A DNA stretch of 64,000 bases from Mobula hypostoma (taxonomy: Eukaryota). This document shows, piece by piece, positions 36,815 through 49,659 of this stretch. The stretch covers positions 211,732,001-211,796,000 of the forward strand of contig NC_086097.1 in NCBI RefSeq assembly GCF_963921235.1, given 5' to 3'. How positions within the stretch are numbered: position 1 is the stretch's first letter; each line of letters starts with the position of its first letter. Below the pieces are notes generated by a model. The model ran no database searches. It was given only the letters and a program-made list of their open reading frames with translations, and was not told the DNA's origin. A program made the position numbers and the translations under genes.

Positions 36815-37188
36815 TTTCGTTCGTTCATTATGTGCCGTGTCATATGACGTGTGCGATCATGGTCTTTCCAATACCTTGATTGTGCTTGGCAAATTTTTCT
36901 ACAGAAGTGGTTTCCCATTGCCGCCTTCTGGCCAGTTTTGTTACAAGATGGATGACCCCAGCCATTATCAATAGTCTTCAGTGGTTGCATAGCCAGTACT
37001 TGTGATACGCACCAAATGCACATACGGCCATCCACCACCTGCTCCCATGGTTTCCCGTGACCCTGATTCCGGGAGGCAGTGGAGCTAAGCAGGTGCTACA
37101 CCTTTTCCCAAAGGTGACCTGCAGGCTAGCAGAGGGAAGGAGCATTTTACAGCTCCTTTGGTAGAGATCCATCTCCACCCCATCACCC
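36815..37188 (-). mobile_element. SINE/non-autonomous element with RTE-like internal and 3' segments, inserted in a PLE remnant
   Basis: Minus strand ggcaatgggaaaccacttctg...ttgccaag and gtcatatgacacggcacataat(gaac)n tail; both flanks continue a decayed PLE end. Confidence 0.6.
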
Positions 37189-37994
37189 TCAAGACCTTGC
37201 ACTAGGATTAACAATGTAAAGGAAAAGTATCCACAAGTGAGAGGGAGGGTGAAAAAGAGGCTGATGGATGACAGGTGGAACCAAATAAGACAGTGATGAT
37301 TGCGGGTGGGGTGGTATTCTTGGACATGTGTGAGACTGTCTTATGGGAAATAAGCGGGAGATTCTCTGACAGTGGCATAGAATGGTGGTGTCATGGCAGA
37401 CAGCATCAGAACAGGCCCTCTAGCCAGCAGGGTCCACACCAACCTCCAATCATGCATTTACCTTCATTAACACCATTTTTCAATGCTCCTCACCTTCTGT
37501 ATTACAAGTTCTGCAATTCTCCTACACAATGGAAACAATTTACAGTAATGGATTAGCCAATCAACATGTGCATTGTTGGGATGGAGCAGACTGGATCACC
37601 TACAAGAAACACACAAAGTAAAAACTCCACAAAGGGAGCGTACGTGGTCAGGGTTGTACCCACATCTCCCTTTCCACAATCCTGATCGATTGTGGTCAAA
37701 GGACCAGCATATATTCAAAACTATGACTGTTGTTAAACGACAAAATATTTGCAGTGGCGTCTCTGTAAGAGTTATGGAAGTGACGCAACTAGATGTGGTC
37801 TGATCAGGTGGGTAAAATTTAGTGATGCTAGAATACTAATGGACCACTAGCGAGCACACATGGAAGAGCAAACTTTTTCTGACTGTCGATGCAGTTAAGG
37901 TTGAAGGACATGACTTGCAGCTTGATTTCAATTGATACACTTACGCACCGGAATCCTGTTAACATTATATCAATGGCACTAATTATAATGGAAG

Positions 37995-38720
37995 GCTGGT
38001 AATGGCACATATCAGAAACTCCATTCTTGCCACATTGCACGCTCTCCAATATACTTACCGACAGAACCATTCCATGACAGATGCATCTGTCATGCACCTG
38101 GCCCTAACACACCTAGAAATCAAGGACACTTGTGTCAGAATGCTACTTTTGGATTTCATTTTGGCATTCACCATTACTGTCCCACAAACCTTGGTGAACA
38201 AACTCCTACTCCCAATTCTAAATACACTGGGTGTTGGACTTCCTAACCAAAAGACCTCAGATAGTCAGGCTGCACAACTGCTCCTCCCTCCCCATCATCT
38301 TCAAAACAGGAGCCCTCAGGGGTGTACACTATGCTCACACTTGATGCACGGCCAAACACCTGAGTAATCACATAGTTAAGTTCGCCAATGACATGACAGT
38401 GGAGGGAGTCATTACTAATAACAATGAGGTGGCCTGCAGAGAGGAGGTGGAAGAGCTTGAGGCCTAGTGACAGGCAAATAACTTCTTCCTCAATGTTATC
38501 AAGACAAAGGAGATAGTTATCAACCTCGGGAGAACTCACACTACTCACTCTCCCCTTTACATCAGTGGCAAACCAGTGGAAATTGCGAGCAGTTTCATAC
38601 TCCTGGAAGTGCACATCTTGCATAACTTCTCATAGTCCCAGACACATGCTGCACAATCAGGAAAGATCACTAACACCTCTACTATTTGAGGAGGCTGAAG
38701 AGAGCTGGATGATGCACACC
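37995..38720 (+). mobile_element. Rex1/Babar-type LINE RT fragment
   Basis: LQYTYRQNHSMTDA...VRMLLLDFILAFTITVP; IVKFAND. Confidence 0.8.
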
Positions 38721-38724
38721 TATA

Positions 38725-39180
38725 GATTCAAGGAACAGTACAGTGCAGAAATAGGCCCTTTGGCCCATCTAGTCAGTGCCAAACTATTAGCCTAGTCCTA
38801 TCAACCTGCCCTCCATAACACACTCCCATCCTTGAACCTATCCAAATTTCTCTTAAATGTTGAAATTGCCCCTGCATCCACCACTTGCACTGGCAGCTTT
38901 TTCAATACTCTCACCACCCTTTGAGTGAAGATGTTTGCCTTCATGTTCCCCTTAAACATTTCATCTTTCACCCTTAACCCATGACATCTAGTTCTAGTCT
39001 CACTCATACTCTGTGGGGGGGGAAGCCTGCTTTGCATTTACATTATCTGTACCTCTCAGAATTTTGTATACCTCTATCAAATCTCCCTTCAGTCTTCGAC
39101 ATTCTAAGGAATAATGTCCTAACCTATTCAACATTTCCCTGTGACTCAGGTCCTCAAGTCCCAGCAACATCCTTGTAAAC
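38725..39180 (-). mobile_element. CR1 3' end
   Basis: RMLLGLEDLSHREMLNRLG; IFTQRVVRV. Confidence 0.85.
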
Positions 39181-40079
39181 AAGGTAACAATGCTTTCTAT
39201 TTTATGTTACAATTGGTAACTTGTGAGAGAAGATAATCAACCCTCACAGATGTTCCATAACCTGTAGATTATTTCCAGGATTCTGCTCTGTTCAGCTTTC
39301 CAATAAATGCAATATTTTGTACCTCACAGTCCCAACACCTTGATCTATTTTTCTCTGTTCTCATTCATCCCCTTCTACTTACACGTCTGACAGACAGATC
39401 AGAGGCAGTTAGCAAGCCTTTATTGTCCTCTCAATCAGAACCATTTCAACTTATAATCATTCAGCTTCTCTTGGTCTCCACCCCACTTCCCAGACAGAAC
39501 AGTCATAAAGTTCCTTTGGTCCTCACCTTTTAACTCACCAGTCACCACATCCAGCATATCACCCATTTCTGCCAGGCCTACGGGTCACATCATCTCTACT
39601 CACTTGTGTGTCCTTCTTTCTATTAGTTACTGGTCTACTCATCCCTTCCCACCCACCCCCGGCACTTTTCCCAGTAGGTGATAAGTGGAACCAGATGAAG
39701 TGTTGATGGACAGATGAAATGTGCTGTGGGAGGAGAGACAAGAACGAACTTTGAATTTTTCCTTTTCAGCTGCGCTCCTTTCTTACTCTTCCCAGTCTAT
39801 CTAGGAAATTTCTCTCTTTGTTTACCTTTTCTATTCCTATCCCTCCCCCTCAAAACAAAGATTTGTTACCCCTCCCACACCTTGTTCCATCTCCCTTTCA
39901 CACTTGTCCCTATCCACCTCAGTTTCTTCTCCCATGGTTCACCTTTCCTGTCTCCTTCCCCACTTAGTTCCCATCACATCCACACAAGGGGCAATTTACA
40001 GCAGCTAATTATCTTGTCTTATAATCTATGAAAATCATTTTGCAGACTTTGTCTCTCTGCAGAAACTCCACGCCATGAG

Positions 40080-40720
40080 CACATTTTATCTCTTTATCGC
40101 TCCATATAGTGTCATTAGCAAATTAAGAGACGCTACACTCAGCCCCCTCTTCCAAATTAATATAATTATAAATGTATAAGAACACTTGCAGGTCCTGTAC
40201 AGACCCATGAGTTACTGCACTCATCTCTGATTCCCACCTAGGAAGCACATATTTATTCTCCCTCTCTGCCTTCCATTGGTTACCAATCTGCTATCCATGC
40301 TGATACATTAACTCCCCAACTCCATGCGTCTTTATCTTATGGATAAGTCTTTCTTGTATCACCTTATCAAACAGCTTCTGGAAATCCCAGTATACAACAC
40401 CCACCATTTCTGCTCTATACACTACATTCATTGTACGATCCAATAACTCCAGTAAGTTTGTCAAATAGGAGCTGCCCATCCTTAATCCAAGTTATGTCTG
40501 TCTGATGGAACCGCTCCTATCCAGATGTCTCACTATTTCTTCCTTCGTGATAGCTTCAAGCATTTTCCTGACCATTGGCATTAAGCTAACTGGCCTATTC
40601 TTACCTGCCTTTTGCCTCCATCCTTTATTAAACAGTGGCATGACAATTTCCAATCTGCCAGTACCTGCCTATAATCCAGAGAATTATGGTAAATGATCAC
40701 AAATACCTCTATGATAACTG
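40080..40720 (-). mobile_element. Degraded CR1 RT fragment
   Basis: GSSYLTNLLE...VVYWDFQKLFDKV. Confidence 0.8.
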
Positions 40721-41529
40721 GTCTCCTGTGCCTGGACCATTCTAGCATCTTTTGCAAATGAGTTCCATGCAGTCCTAGGCAAACACCTATGTTTGATCAT
40801 CATATTGGATATCTGTCTCATTATTATTGCTCCTATCCCACTTAGTTGGCTGGAGAGCAGTCAGTGATCACCTTGTAGGTTCAGGAGTGCCCTTTTCATT
40901 GAATTGAGCAATCCTGATTTCTCTCTTCATTGTGAGCACGCTATCTTGGTGCCAGAATGTGTTGTGATACCTGCGGACTGCCCCCCAGCACATTCCAAGG
41001 TGGGTTGGTTGTTAATGACATTCTTCACTGAATGTTTGGATATACATGCAATGAATAAATCTGAATCTGAACCTTTCTCATGTTTATTTCACTTTTTCTG
41101 CATTTTTAAATTTTTAACTAAATTACTTCTAATTTAAAACAATTACATCTAATTTAAAGGCTGGAGAGTCTTTATTTGGGCTTCTGCTTTGTTTTAGGAG
41201 ACTGTAAGCAATAGTTTAAGTGTTACGGATATAAAAGTGTTATAAAACCAGCTTGCTCTCTATATTGTACTGCTATGGCTTACGATTCTAGGCACTGACC
41301 AATGGAGGCCTTCATATGGCTATAACGATGGCTATTCCAATAGTGATTTGTAATCTGGAGCTACACTACCTTGGAAAAAGTATCCCCACAACTATTTTAC
41401 TAACTCATTTTCTAAATTTAAAATATATGGAAGAAGGGTTTTTTGAGTTAATCCAAGAAATATTGTACATTGTGTCAAATCAAAAGAAAAATTCCAAAAT
41501 CCGTCAACAATTTACTAAGAATTAAAAAC

Positions 41530-42595
41530 CAAAATTCTGAGGCTAAAGAAGTATTCATCCCCTTTGTAGTTACTACGCCAACTTTCCTCAGGTGTAATGT
41601 TGTATATTACCCTATCAACTCACCCAATTTGTTGATATAGAAAATTGGAGGATCACCTGTTTTCAATGAATTCATAAGAATACCATAAATAGCCTCTCTC
41701 TCCGTAAGGTCCAACAGTATGGTAGATTTTCAACAGACCAAACCAAAATGAAGATAAAAGAGCATTCAAGACAAGTCAGGGAAATGATAATAGAGAAGCA
41801 CATATCTGGGGATGGGTACAAGACCATCTCAAAGGCACTCAGAGGTCTGTGCAGTCCATTGTGAAAAAGTAGAAAAAATATAAAACGACAGCCACTCTGA
41901 CTAGGTCAGTCTGCCCCTCTAAACTTAGTCACCAGAGAAGAATGACACTTGGAAAGAAGCTACATGATGCAAATTTTCACTGTGAATGAGCTGCAGAAGT
42001 CAGTGGCTGCAACTGAAGGTGAAGTACATGGTCCCACAATCTCTAAGGCCTTGCACAAAAGGGTATTTATGGAAGAGTGGCAAGGAAGTAGCCCTCGGTA
42101 AAAAAAAATTACATTATCATTGCTTGTAAAGACTTTGCAAAGCATCACTTAGAAGTTAATGTAAAAATGTGGAAGCTGGTCTTGTGGTTGGATGAGACTA
42201 AAGTAGAACTTCTTCACTTCAACACTAAGTGGTACGTGAGGCATAAGTCTAATACTATGCATCAGCCAGGTAACACCATCCCCACTGTAAAGTATGGTGG
42301 AGGTAGCATCATGCTACGGGGATGCTTTTCAGCTGCAGGGACTTGAAATCAGTCAAGATTGATGGGAAGATCAATGCTGCTAAATACAGAGAGTTCTTGG
42401 ATAAAAACCTACTGGACTCCTGCAGAAAGCTCAAACTGGGGAGGAAGTTTGTCTTTCAGAGGAACAATGAACCATACCACATTCAGAACAACCATGAAGT
42501 GGCTTCAAATGAAGAAATTTGCTGTCCACTGCTACTCCCCAACTAACCTGGCACAGGTTCACTAATTTTACAAGGAGGAGTGGGCAAATCTTCAA
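41530..42595 (+). mobile_element. Tc1-like transposon, disabled transposase (5' and central part)
   Basis: gaagtattcatcccc TIR remnant; ATG at 41748 [67 protein letters not shown]. Confidence 0.9.
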
Positions 42596-43250
42596 TGAAT
42601 CAGATTTATTATCACTGTCTTATATAGCATGAACTTTACAAGTTCAAAGTAAGTTTATTATCTAATTACAGAAATGTCACCATATACTACCCTGAGATTC
42701 ATTTTCTTGCAGGCATACTCAATAAATCCATAGCAGAATAATAACTATAATAGAATCAATGAAAGACCACAACAATTTGGGTATTCAACCTGTGTGCAAA
42801 AGATAAAAAACTGTGGAAATACAAAAATAAATAAGCAATAAATATCGAGAGCATGAGATGGAGAGTCCTTGCAAGCAAGTCCATAGATTGTGAGAAAATT
42901 TCAGTGATAGAGCAAGTGAAGCTGAGAGAAGTTATCGCAAACACAAGGAAATCTGCAGATGCTGGAATTTCAAGCAACACACATAAAAATTGCTGGTGAA
43001 CGCAGCAGGAAAGGGAGCATCTATAAGAAGAGGTACAGTCGGCGTTTCGGGCCAAGATCCTGGGACACCGACTGTACCTCTTCCTATAGAGGCTGCCTGG
43101 CCTGCTGCGTTCACCAGCAACTTTTATGAAGTTATCGCATTTGGTTCAAGAGCCTGACGGTGTGATTCCTGATGCTTCTGTACCTTCTACCTGGTGGTAG
43201 CAACAAGAAGAAAGCATGACCTGGGTGGTGGGGGTCCCTGGAGAGCACCA
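42595..43250 (-). mobile_element. Rex1-type 3' ends (antisense), host of a PLE hairpin
   Basis: RDPHHPGHAFFLLLPPGRRYRSI; antisense tail ttcaaagtaagtttattatc. Confidence 0.75.
42940..43127. mobile_element. Fold-back PLE mini-insertion with half hammerhead
   Basis: About 60-bp inverted arms, tail on left arm; 12-bp TSD gaagttatcgca at 42928-42939 and 43128-43139. Confidence 0.85.
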
Positions 43251-43762
43251 TGTATCTGGAAATAGTGAGAAGGGAGGGTATGAAATGGGTACTTCCCATT
43301 GGCGAGGCGACCTGTGAGGAGTTGGTAAGATGGACTGGGTGGGGATGTCTGATGATAAACAGCATTGCAATGAAAGAAAATCTGTACCTATGAACAGAGT
43401 AACTCAAGCTCTTTCTTTTCTAAAAGGAAAATTATGCCTCAGTTGATCTCAGATTACACAGTAAATCTCTTAAACAAGAGTCAGTGATAAAGTTTCTAGG
43501 TAAGCAGTCACTAAAATTTAACGATGCAATTGTCGTGATGCCTTGGTATAAAGGGGAGGTGAAAGCTATCAGTGAAAATTCTATGTGGCAAAGAAGCTGG
43601 GATAAAGAAAAGAAAGGACAGTATTTACATAAAATTCAGAGGATGGTGGGAACTCAAAGTGGGTTTAACAGGACATAATTCCTTGTTCAGAATTAAGATG
43701 CATGATCTGGGTATTTGTGGGAAATGCACTTGTCAACAAACAGTGCAGCATATATTATTTGA

Positions 43763-43959
43763 GCAACACACATCAAAGTTGCTGGTGAGCGCAGCAGGCC
43801 AAGCAGCATCTGTAGGAAGAGGTGTTAGTCCTGACGAAGGGTCTCGGCCTGAAACGTCGACTGCACATCTTCCTACAGATGCTGCTTGGCCTGCTGCGTT
43901 CACCAGCAACTTTGATGTGTGTTGCTTGAATTTCCAGCATCTGCAGAATTCCTGTTGTT
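43763..43959. mobile_element. Fold-back PLE mini-insertion with an intact hammerhead in the loop
   Basis: 62-bp inverted arms 43763-43824 and 43864-43925; tail on right arm; 12-bp TSD tatattatttga at 43751-43762 and 43960-43971. Confidence 0.9.
43826..43863 (+). ncRNA. Minimal type I hammerhead ribozyme motif, intact core
   Basis: tagtc-CTGACGA-agggtctcggcct-GAAA-cgtc-gactg. Confidence 0.85.
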
Positions 43960-44588
43960 TATATTATTTGAATACAGTTCCTATGAGGTGCAAAGGAAAC
44001 ATCTAATTGCTAAATTGAGATCTTTGAGACAGACTCAGTTTAACATGGAAAGTTTGTTAGAATATCACGGTTATCGTAATGTATATAAGTGTGTCTTTGA
44101 TTTTCTGAAAAGCATTTTGATACTATTTGAGTTTTTTTTTCTTGGTGGGCGAATTAAAGTAGATGTACTTCCTGTCTCTGCTCCAGGAGGGGTGGCTCAG
44201 TGAGTGGCTTTAATGCACCTAACGTTGATCTGCCAATTGCCATTAAACATTTCTAAAAGTAGAAAAAGGAACTTTTCAGTGGGCTTCAGATATTGTGGTT
44301 TATTAAGTATGTTAGAGTGAGTTTTTTTGGGTAGATGATTTGTTTACACTTAAATGACTTTGGCCACCAGACTTCTATTTGACTATTTGACAAAGTACTG
44401 TGGATTGAGTCCACAACAATGCGCTTCCTAAAAAGGTGTGAATACCAGATACTTCTGGCACCATAGTTTGACCTGAAGCTGTAATTTCAAAGACAGTATT
44501 ATCTATACAAAATAAATATTAATTGTCTTCTATATTAGCACGTAAAATGCCAATTAAATATTGTGGATTTAGTTGCATTCCTAAAGGC

Positions 44589-44886
44589 TGTGGATACCAA
44601 CCCAGAAATGTTGGCGTTGGAAGGAAAGGATGGAGTTAGGTGGTGTGATATTTTGTATATAGCTTCAATAGGAAGCATTGTCTATGCATTGTCTATAACT
44701 TTTTAAGTAGCGATTGCCTTTGTGCTTAGCATATAAATATCAAGCCCAGATTGGGCTAACAGACCTTTCTACCGAAAGCGTCTCCGTCAGTATGATGCCT
44801 GCTGTACCTTCTTGTGTTGAATAAAGAAGCTGCTTTGTATCTACCAGTGACTTTGTCTCTCTGGTGATTTCATCCATGTTACAGCA
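44589..44886 (+). mobile_element. Probable solo LTR
   Basis: tgtgg...acagca ends; TATA-like atataaaa at ~44731; AATAAA at ~44820; imperfect flanking duplication aggc/aggt. Confidence 0.4.
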
Positions 44887-44899
44887 AGGTACATGGCAA

Positions 44900-45370
44900 A
44901 GAGCTTTAAGAAGGTGGGAGGTTTAAGTAGAGCTTAAGGGGGTTGTAGTGTGAGTGGGGAGCTAGAGACTTTGGTAAAAAGGGACAGAGGCTGGGTTAAG
45001 TTTCTTTTTCCCCTTGTCTATTGGGGCTGGTTAGGGTAGTGAGAATGGATCCAGGGTTAGTGGTGTGTTCTTCATGTCAGATGTGGGAGTTCTGGGAGAC
45101 CTCCAGTCTCCCTGATAACCACATCTGCGTGAAGTGCATGCAGCTGCACCTCCTCACAGACCATGTGAGGGAGTTGGAGCTGTAACTGGATGATCTTGGC
45201 TCATATGAGAGGATGAGGAGATGACAGATAAGAACTACAGGGAAGGGAGGTAGACACCTTTAACTTGCAGGTGGCAGGCACCCGGTGAACATTAGGAGAT
45301 GGATGGGGAAAAGGAACACAGTACAGAGTATCCCTGTGGCCGCTGCCCTCAATAACAGGTATAATGCTGA
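44900..45370 (+). mobile_element. CR1 5' region, ORF1 N-terminal zinc finger/coiled coil remnant
   Basis: MDPGLVVCSSCQMWEFWETSSLPDNHICVKCMQLHLLTDHVRELEL; ALNNRY motif. Confidence 0.75.
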
Positions 45371-45710
45371 AAATTTGTCTCTTCCACCGCCCATGGCAGT
45401 ACAGTCCACCAATTACCACTCCCTGTATAAAATACCTCCCTGTGACATACCCACTATACTCTCCTCCAATCACCCTAATATACACTTTTATACTAGCCAT
45501 TGCCACCCTGGGCAAACAGCACAGGTTGTTCACTCTACATTGTCCTCTTAACATTTATACATCTCTATCAAGCCACTTCTCATTCTCCTTCACTCCAAAG
45601 AGAAAAGCCCTATCTCGCTCACCTTATGGTCTCCCGTCCAGGCAGCATCCTGGTAAATCTCCCCTGCACCCTCTCTAAAGCATCCACATGATTCCTGATG
45701 TGACGGAACT
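45370..45710 (-). mobile_element. CR1 3' region fragment
   Basis: Antisense to CR1 C-terminal motifs (gcagcatcctggtaaatctcccctgcaccctct). Confidence 0.7.
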
Positions 45711-45959
45711 AAAACTGTGTTACTTAAAAACTTGAACTGGGAAATATACTGCAAGTCTTTTTTCACAGCAACTCTCCAGGAGTCAGTGAGTGAGTGAGTG
45801 AGAGAGAGAGAGAGAATGCAAGAGAATCCCACTTTCCTGACTCAATGTTTTATACTTCTTTAGCAAGATAACAATTATCTACCATTTCAGTTGCAAGAAT
45901 CAACTAGTTAACTTTAACATTTGGCATATAGCCAGGTAAATTTACAGAATTACATATTT

Positions 45960-46600
45960 ACAATGTCAAAGTCAGCAGGACCAAGGAACTGACTATTGAC
46001 TTAAGGAGGCGGAAACCAGAGGTCCATGAGCCAGTCCTCATTGGAGGATTGGAGCTGCAGAGGGTCAGCAACTTAAAATTGCTTGGTGTTACTATTTTGG
46101 AAGACCTGTGCTGGGCCTGGCATGTATGTGTAATTACAAAGAAAGCACGACAGCACTTTACTTCCTTAGAAGTTTGTGAAGATTCGGCATGACATCTAAA
46201 TCTATGGACAAATTTCTATGGACATGCGATGGAGAGTATACTGAATGGCTGCATCACAACCTGATACAGAAACACCAATGTCCTTGAATGGAAAACCCTA
46301 CAGGTATAGTGGATACGGCCCAGTCCATCACAGGTAAAGCCCTCCCCACCATTGAACGCATCTACACGGAGCATTGTTGCAGGAAAGCAGCATCCATCAT
46401 CAGGGACCCCCACCATCCAGGACATGCTCTCTTCTCGCTGCTGCCGTCAGGAAAGTGGAACAGGGAAAAGTTCAAAGTACAGGGTAAAATTTATTATCAG
46501 CACATACAATCCTGAAATTCCTTTCCTTGCAGGCATACTTAGCAGGATCTTCAGGACTCACACCACTAGGTTCAGGAACAATTGTTACCACTCAACCAAT
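45960..46600 (+). mobile_element. Rex1/Babar-type LINE 3' fragment
   Basis: IVDTAQSITGKALPTIERIYTEHCCRKAASIIRDPHHPGHALFSLLPSG; a short antisense Rex tail is nested at ~46470-46545. Confidence 0.8.
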
Positions 46601-46704
46601 AGCTTATCAACTCACTTTAGAGGACTCCACAGATATTAACCACAAAGCTAAGTAACTAAATACACCTGTCCTGAACTGTGCATTAGGTCAAAGTTCAAAG
46701 TAGA

Positions 46705-47230
46705 AGATCAAAGAGATTGTGGGATGGATGGGAGAGGTCTTTGACAATGCTGAGGGCTCATTGAATGTAATGCTTCTGATGTATGTCCTGGATGGGGAGG
46801 CGGAGGGTGGAGGTCGTGTGGGAGAGAGAGAGACCCCATGATTTACAATCCATTGCAGGGTCTTGCAGTCGATGCCTTGCAATTCCCATATCAGATGGTG
46901 ATACAGTTGGATAGGACAATCTTGATGGTGCTCTGGTAGAATATGGTTAGAATGGGGATGGGGAGCCTCACTCGCCTCAGTCTCTCCTTGCAGTGGAGCT
47001 GCTGCTATGCTTTAATGATGAAAGAGATGGTGTTGAGGGACCAGGCAAGATCATCTGTGATATGCCCTCCAAGAAACTGTGCTTTTGACTCTCTTCACAG
47101 AGGACCCAAGATTGATTTCTTTTTGTAGGGAATGGTCAGCTTGAGCCTTCCTGAAGTCCACAATAATCTCTTTATTCTTGTCCATGTTGAGACTTGAGTT
47201 GTGTTTGCACCATTACACAAGCCACTCTTA
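46705..47230 (-). mobile_element. Rex1/Babar-type LINE fragment
   Basis: DCKTLQWIVN; antisense LNMDKNKEIIVDFRK. Confidence 0.65.
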
Positions 47231-48545
47231 AATTGTGGTGCATTTTGTTCGATTCTTCAGTACTTTCTTTCTTTGCAAAGCTGAAGGGTGACATGGTCAG
47301 TACCTGCTCACAGATTGTTGATCTAAATTAGTCCAGTCCAGTTTGCCACACAAATGGAAACCATGTGCTTGGGTTCCTGTGTTACGTGCACCCTTGCTGG
47401 TGTAGGCTGACCCTGCCCTATCTGATCTGTACTATGATGAACGTCTAATAAAGTGGCTCTACCATAAGATTTGTGCCTCATACTTGAACTCAGAGAGCTT
47501 TCTGGTTAACATCATCCAACAACATGGCTTCACATACAGCATGGCTGAGGGTTGGAAAGATTCATGGACAAAATGAAGAGTTCCAGAGTGCACATAAAGC
47601 AGGAGGTAAGACCTTCTCCCTTTCCTCATCGTCAGAGAAACAACTCATTCTTGCCTTGGTACACTATTTAAAGGATGTCTAAGAGGGAAGTTAAACCTGG
47701 GGATCCTCTCCTCTGGTATGTTTTAAGTGAAGATAAACAGTACTTTCTGGCTGTGCACAGTCTATTAATTTGACCATTTGGTGTAATCTATTCAGCTGTG
47801 TACGGTTCATTTGGATCTTGAATGCACATTCTATTGATTCAGACTATAGACGCCCATGAAGAGAATAATTATTCTATAGCTACACTTGCTGTAAGAGGAG
47901 AATGAAAGCCAAGGCCAAATAAAAGAGAAAACCTATTTCAGGAAAATGGAGAACTGAGCCTCCAGGAGCCATGTATGATCAGATGACTGAATGTTTGAGT
48001 TCTTACAGAAGCAACGTATTCCAACAGGATAAGATTGTTGAAGAAATCAGAAATAAATATACTATCAGTGCTAAGTCGAATGGAATCTGGACCCTTTTGC
48101 AGCTGTGTCCTCGATTTCCTCACTTGCAGACCCCAGTCAGTATGAATTGGCAACAGCACAGTAGTGTAGTGGTTAGCGTGACCCTATTGCAGCTTGAGAC
48201 ATTAGAGCTTGGAGTTCATTTCGTGCCGTCTGTAAGGAATTTTTATACATTGACCGAGGTATGCAAGTGGGAAAATAAGAATCCAGTTGAACAAGGAGCC
48301 AATTTCCATTAGACTCAGCACTGACGGTATATTTAATTCTCTGATGAGGATTGGCTTGTGGGCCTCAGGTTTCCTCTTCCTGGGGTCAATAATCAGCTCC
48401 TTGCTCTGCTGACTTTGAGTTCTGATTTCTTAAATTCTCCTCTTACTGCAGAGGATGTAAATGATGATGATATTGATGAGAAAGCAGATCTGGCAGTCAT
48501 GCCGTGACTAAACCCATTAAAGACCAAGGAAACAAAGCTGTGGAG

Positions 48546-49659
48546 AAGTTTTTTTAAAGAAAGGGGCTTCCCTTCTTCCACCATCAACTCTGCTCTCAAA
48601 CGCATCTCCCCCATTTCACGCACATCTGCTCTCACTCCATCCTCCTGTCACCCCACTAGGAATAGGGTTCCCCTGGTCCTCACCTACCACCCCACCAGCC
48701 TCCGGGTCCAACATATTATTCTCCGTAACTTCCGCCACCTCCAACGGGATCCCACCACTAAGCACATCTTTCCCTCCCCACCTCCCCCCCCCCCCATTTT
48801 TCTGCAGGGATTACTCCCTATGTGACTCCCTTGTCCATTTGTCCCCCCCATCCCTCCCCACTGATCTCCCTCCTGGCGGAACAAGTGCTACACATACCCT
48901 TACACTTCCTCCCTTACCACCATTCAGGGCCCCAGACAGTCCTTCCAGGTGAGGCGACACTTCACCTGTGAGTCGGCTGGGATGATATACTGCGTCCGGT
49001 GCTCCCGATGTGGCCTTTTATATATTGGCGAGACCCGACGCAGACTGGGAGATCGTTTTGCTGAACACCTACACTCTGTCCGCCAGAGAAAGCTGGATCT
49101 CCCAGCGGCCACACATTTTAATTCCACATCCCATTCCCATTCTGATATATCTATCCACGGCCTCCTCTACTGTAAAGATGAAGCCACACTCAGGTTGGAG
49201 GAACAACGCCTTATATTCCGTCTGGGTAGTCTCCAACCTGATGGCATGAACATCGACTTCTCTAACTTCCGCAAATGTCCCACCTCCCCCTTGTACCCCA
49301 TCCGTTATTTATTTATATACACACATTCTTTCTCTCTCTCTCCTTTTTCTCCCTCTGTCCCTCTCACTATACCCCTTGCCCATCCTCTGGGTTTTCCCCC
49401 CTCCCTCTTTTGCTTCTCCCGGCCTCCTGTCCCATGATCCTCTCATATCCCTTTTGCCAATCACCTGTCCAGCTCTTGGCTCCATCCCTCCCCCTCCTGT
49501 ATTCTCCTATCATTTTGGATCTCCCCGTCCCCCTCCAACTTTCAAATCTCTTACTAGCTCTTCTTTCAGTTAGTCCTGACAAAGGGTCTTGGCCCGAAAT
49601 GTTGACTGTACCTCTCTGCCTGGCCTGCTGCGTTCACCAGCAACTTTGATGTGTGTTGT
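48546..49659 (+). mobile_element. Penelope-like element family A, largest copy (RT C-terminus, GIY-YIG endonuclease, UTR, mutated hammerhead)
   Basis: FFKERGFPSSTINSAL, NRVPLVLTYHP; GMIYCVRCSRCGLLYIGET...RFAEH; candidate TSD ctgtggag at 48538-48545 and 49660-49667. Confidence 0.92.
48949..49275 (+). pseudogene. GIY-YIG endonuclease domain of the PLE ORF (open here; upstream linker damaged, natural stop lost)
   Basis: IY-CxxC-xxC-YIGET, RFxEH, HF, RLEEQxLI, GMN motifs; the TAA present in the 6.38 kb copy reads AAA here. Confidence 0.85.

Larger units (their letters stand above)
43440..44250 (+). mobile_element. I/Nimb-clade LINE 3' remnant
   Basis: WQRSWDKEKKG...LTGH...CGKCTCQQTVQHILFE/YSSYEVQR (decayed CCHC knuckle); 3' UTR gtggctttaatgcacct...tgccaattgccattaaa. 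Confidence 0.7.

Noticed and set aside
48435..48507. Pyrimidine-rich acceptor followed by EDVNDDDIDEKADLAVMP*
   Set aside because: Isolated, wedged between a Rex fragment and a PLE, with no partner exon or known match.
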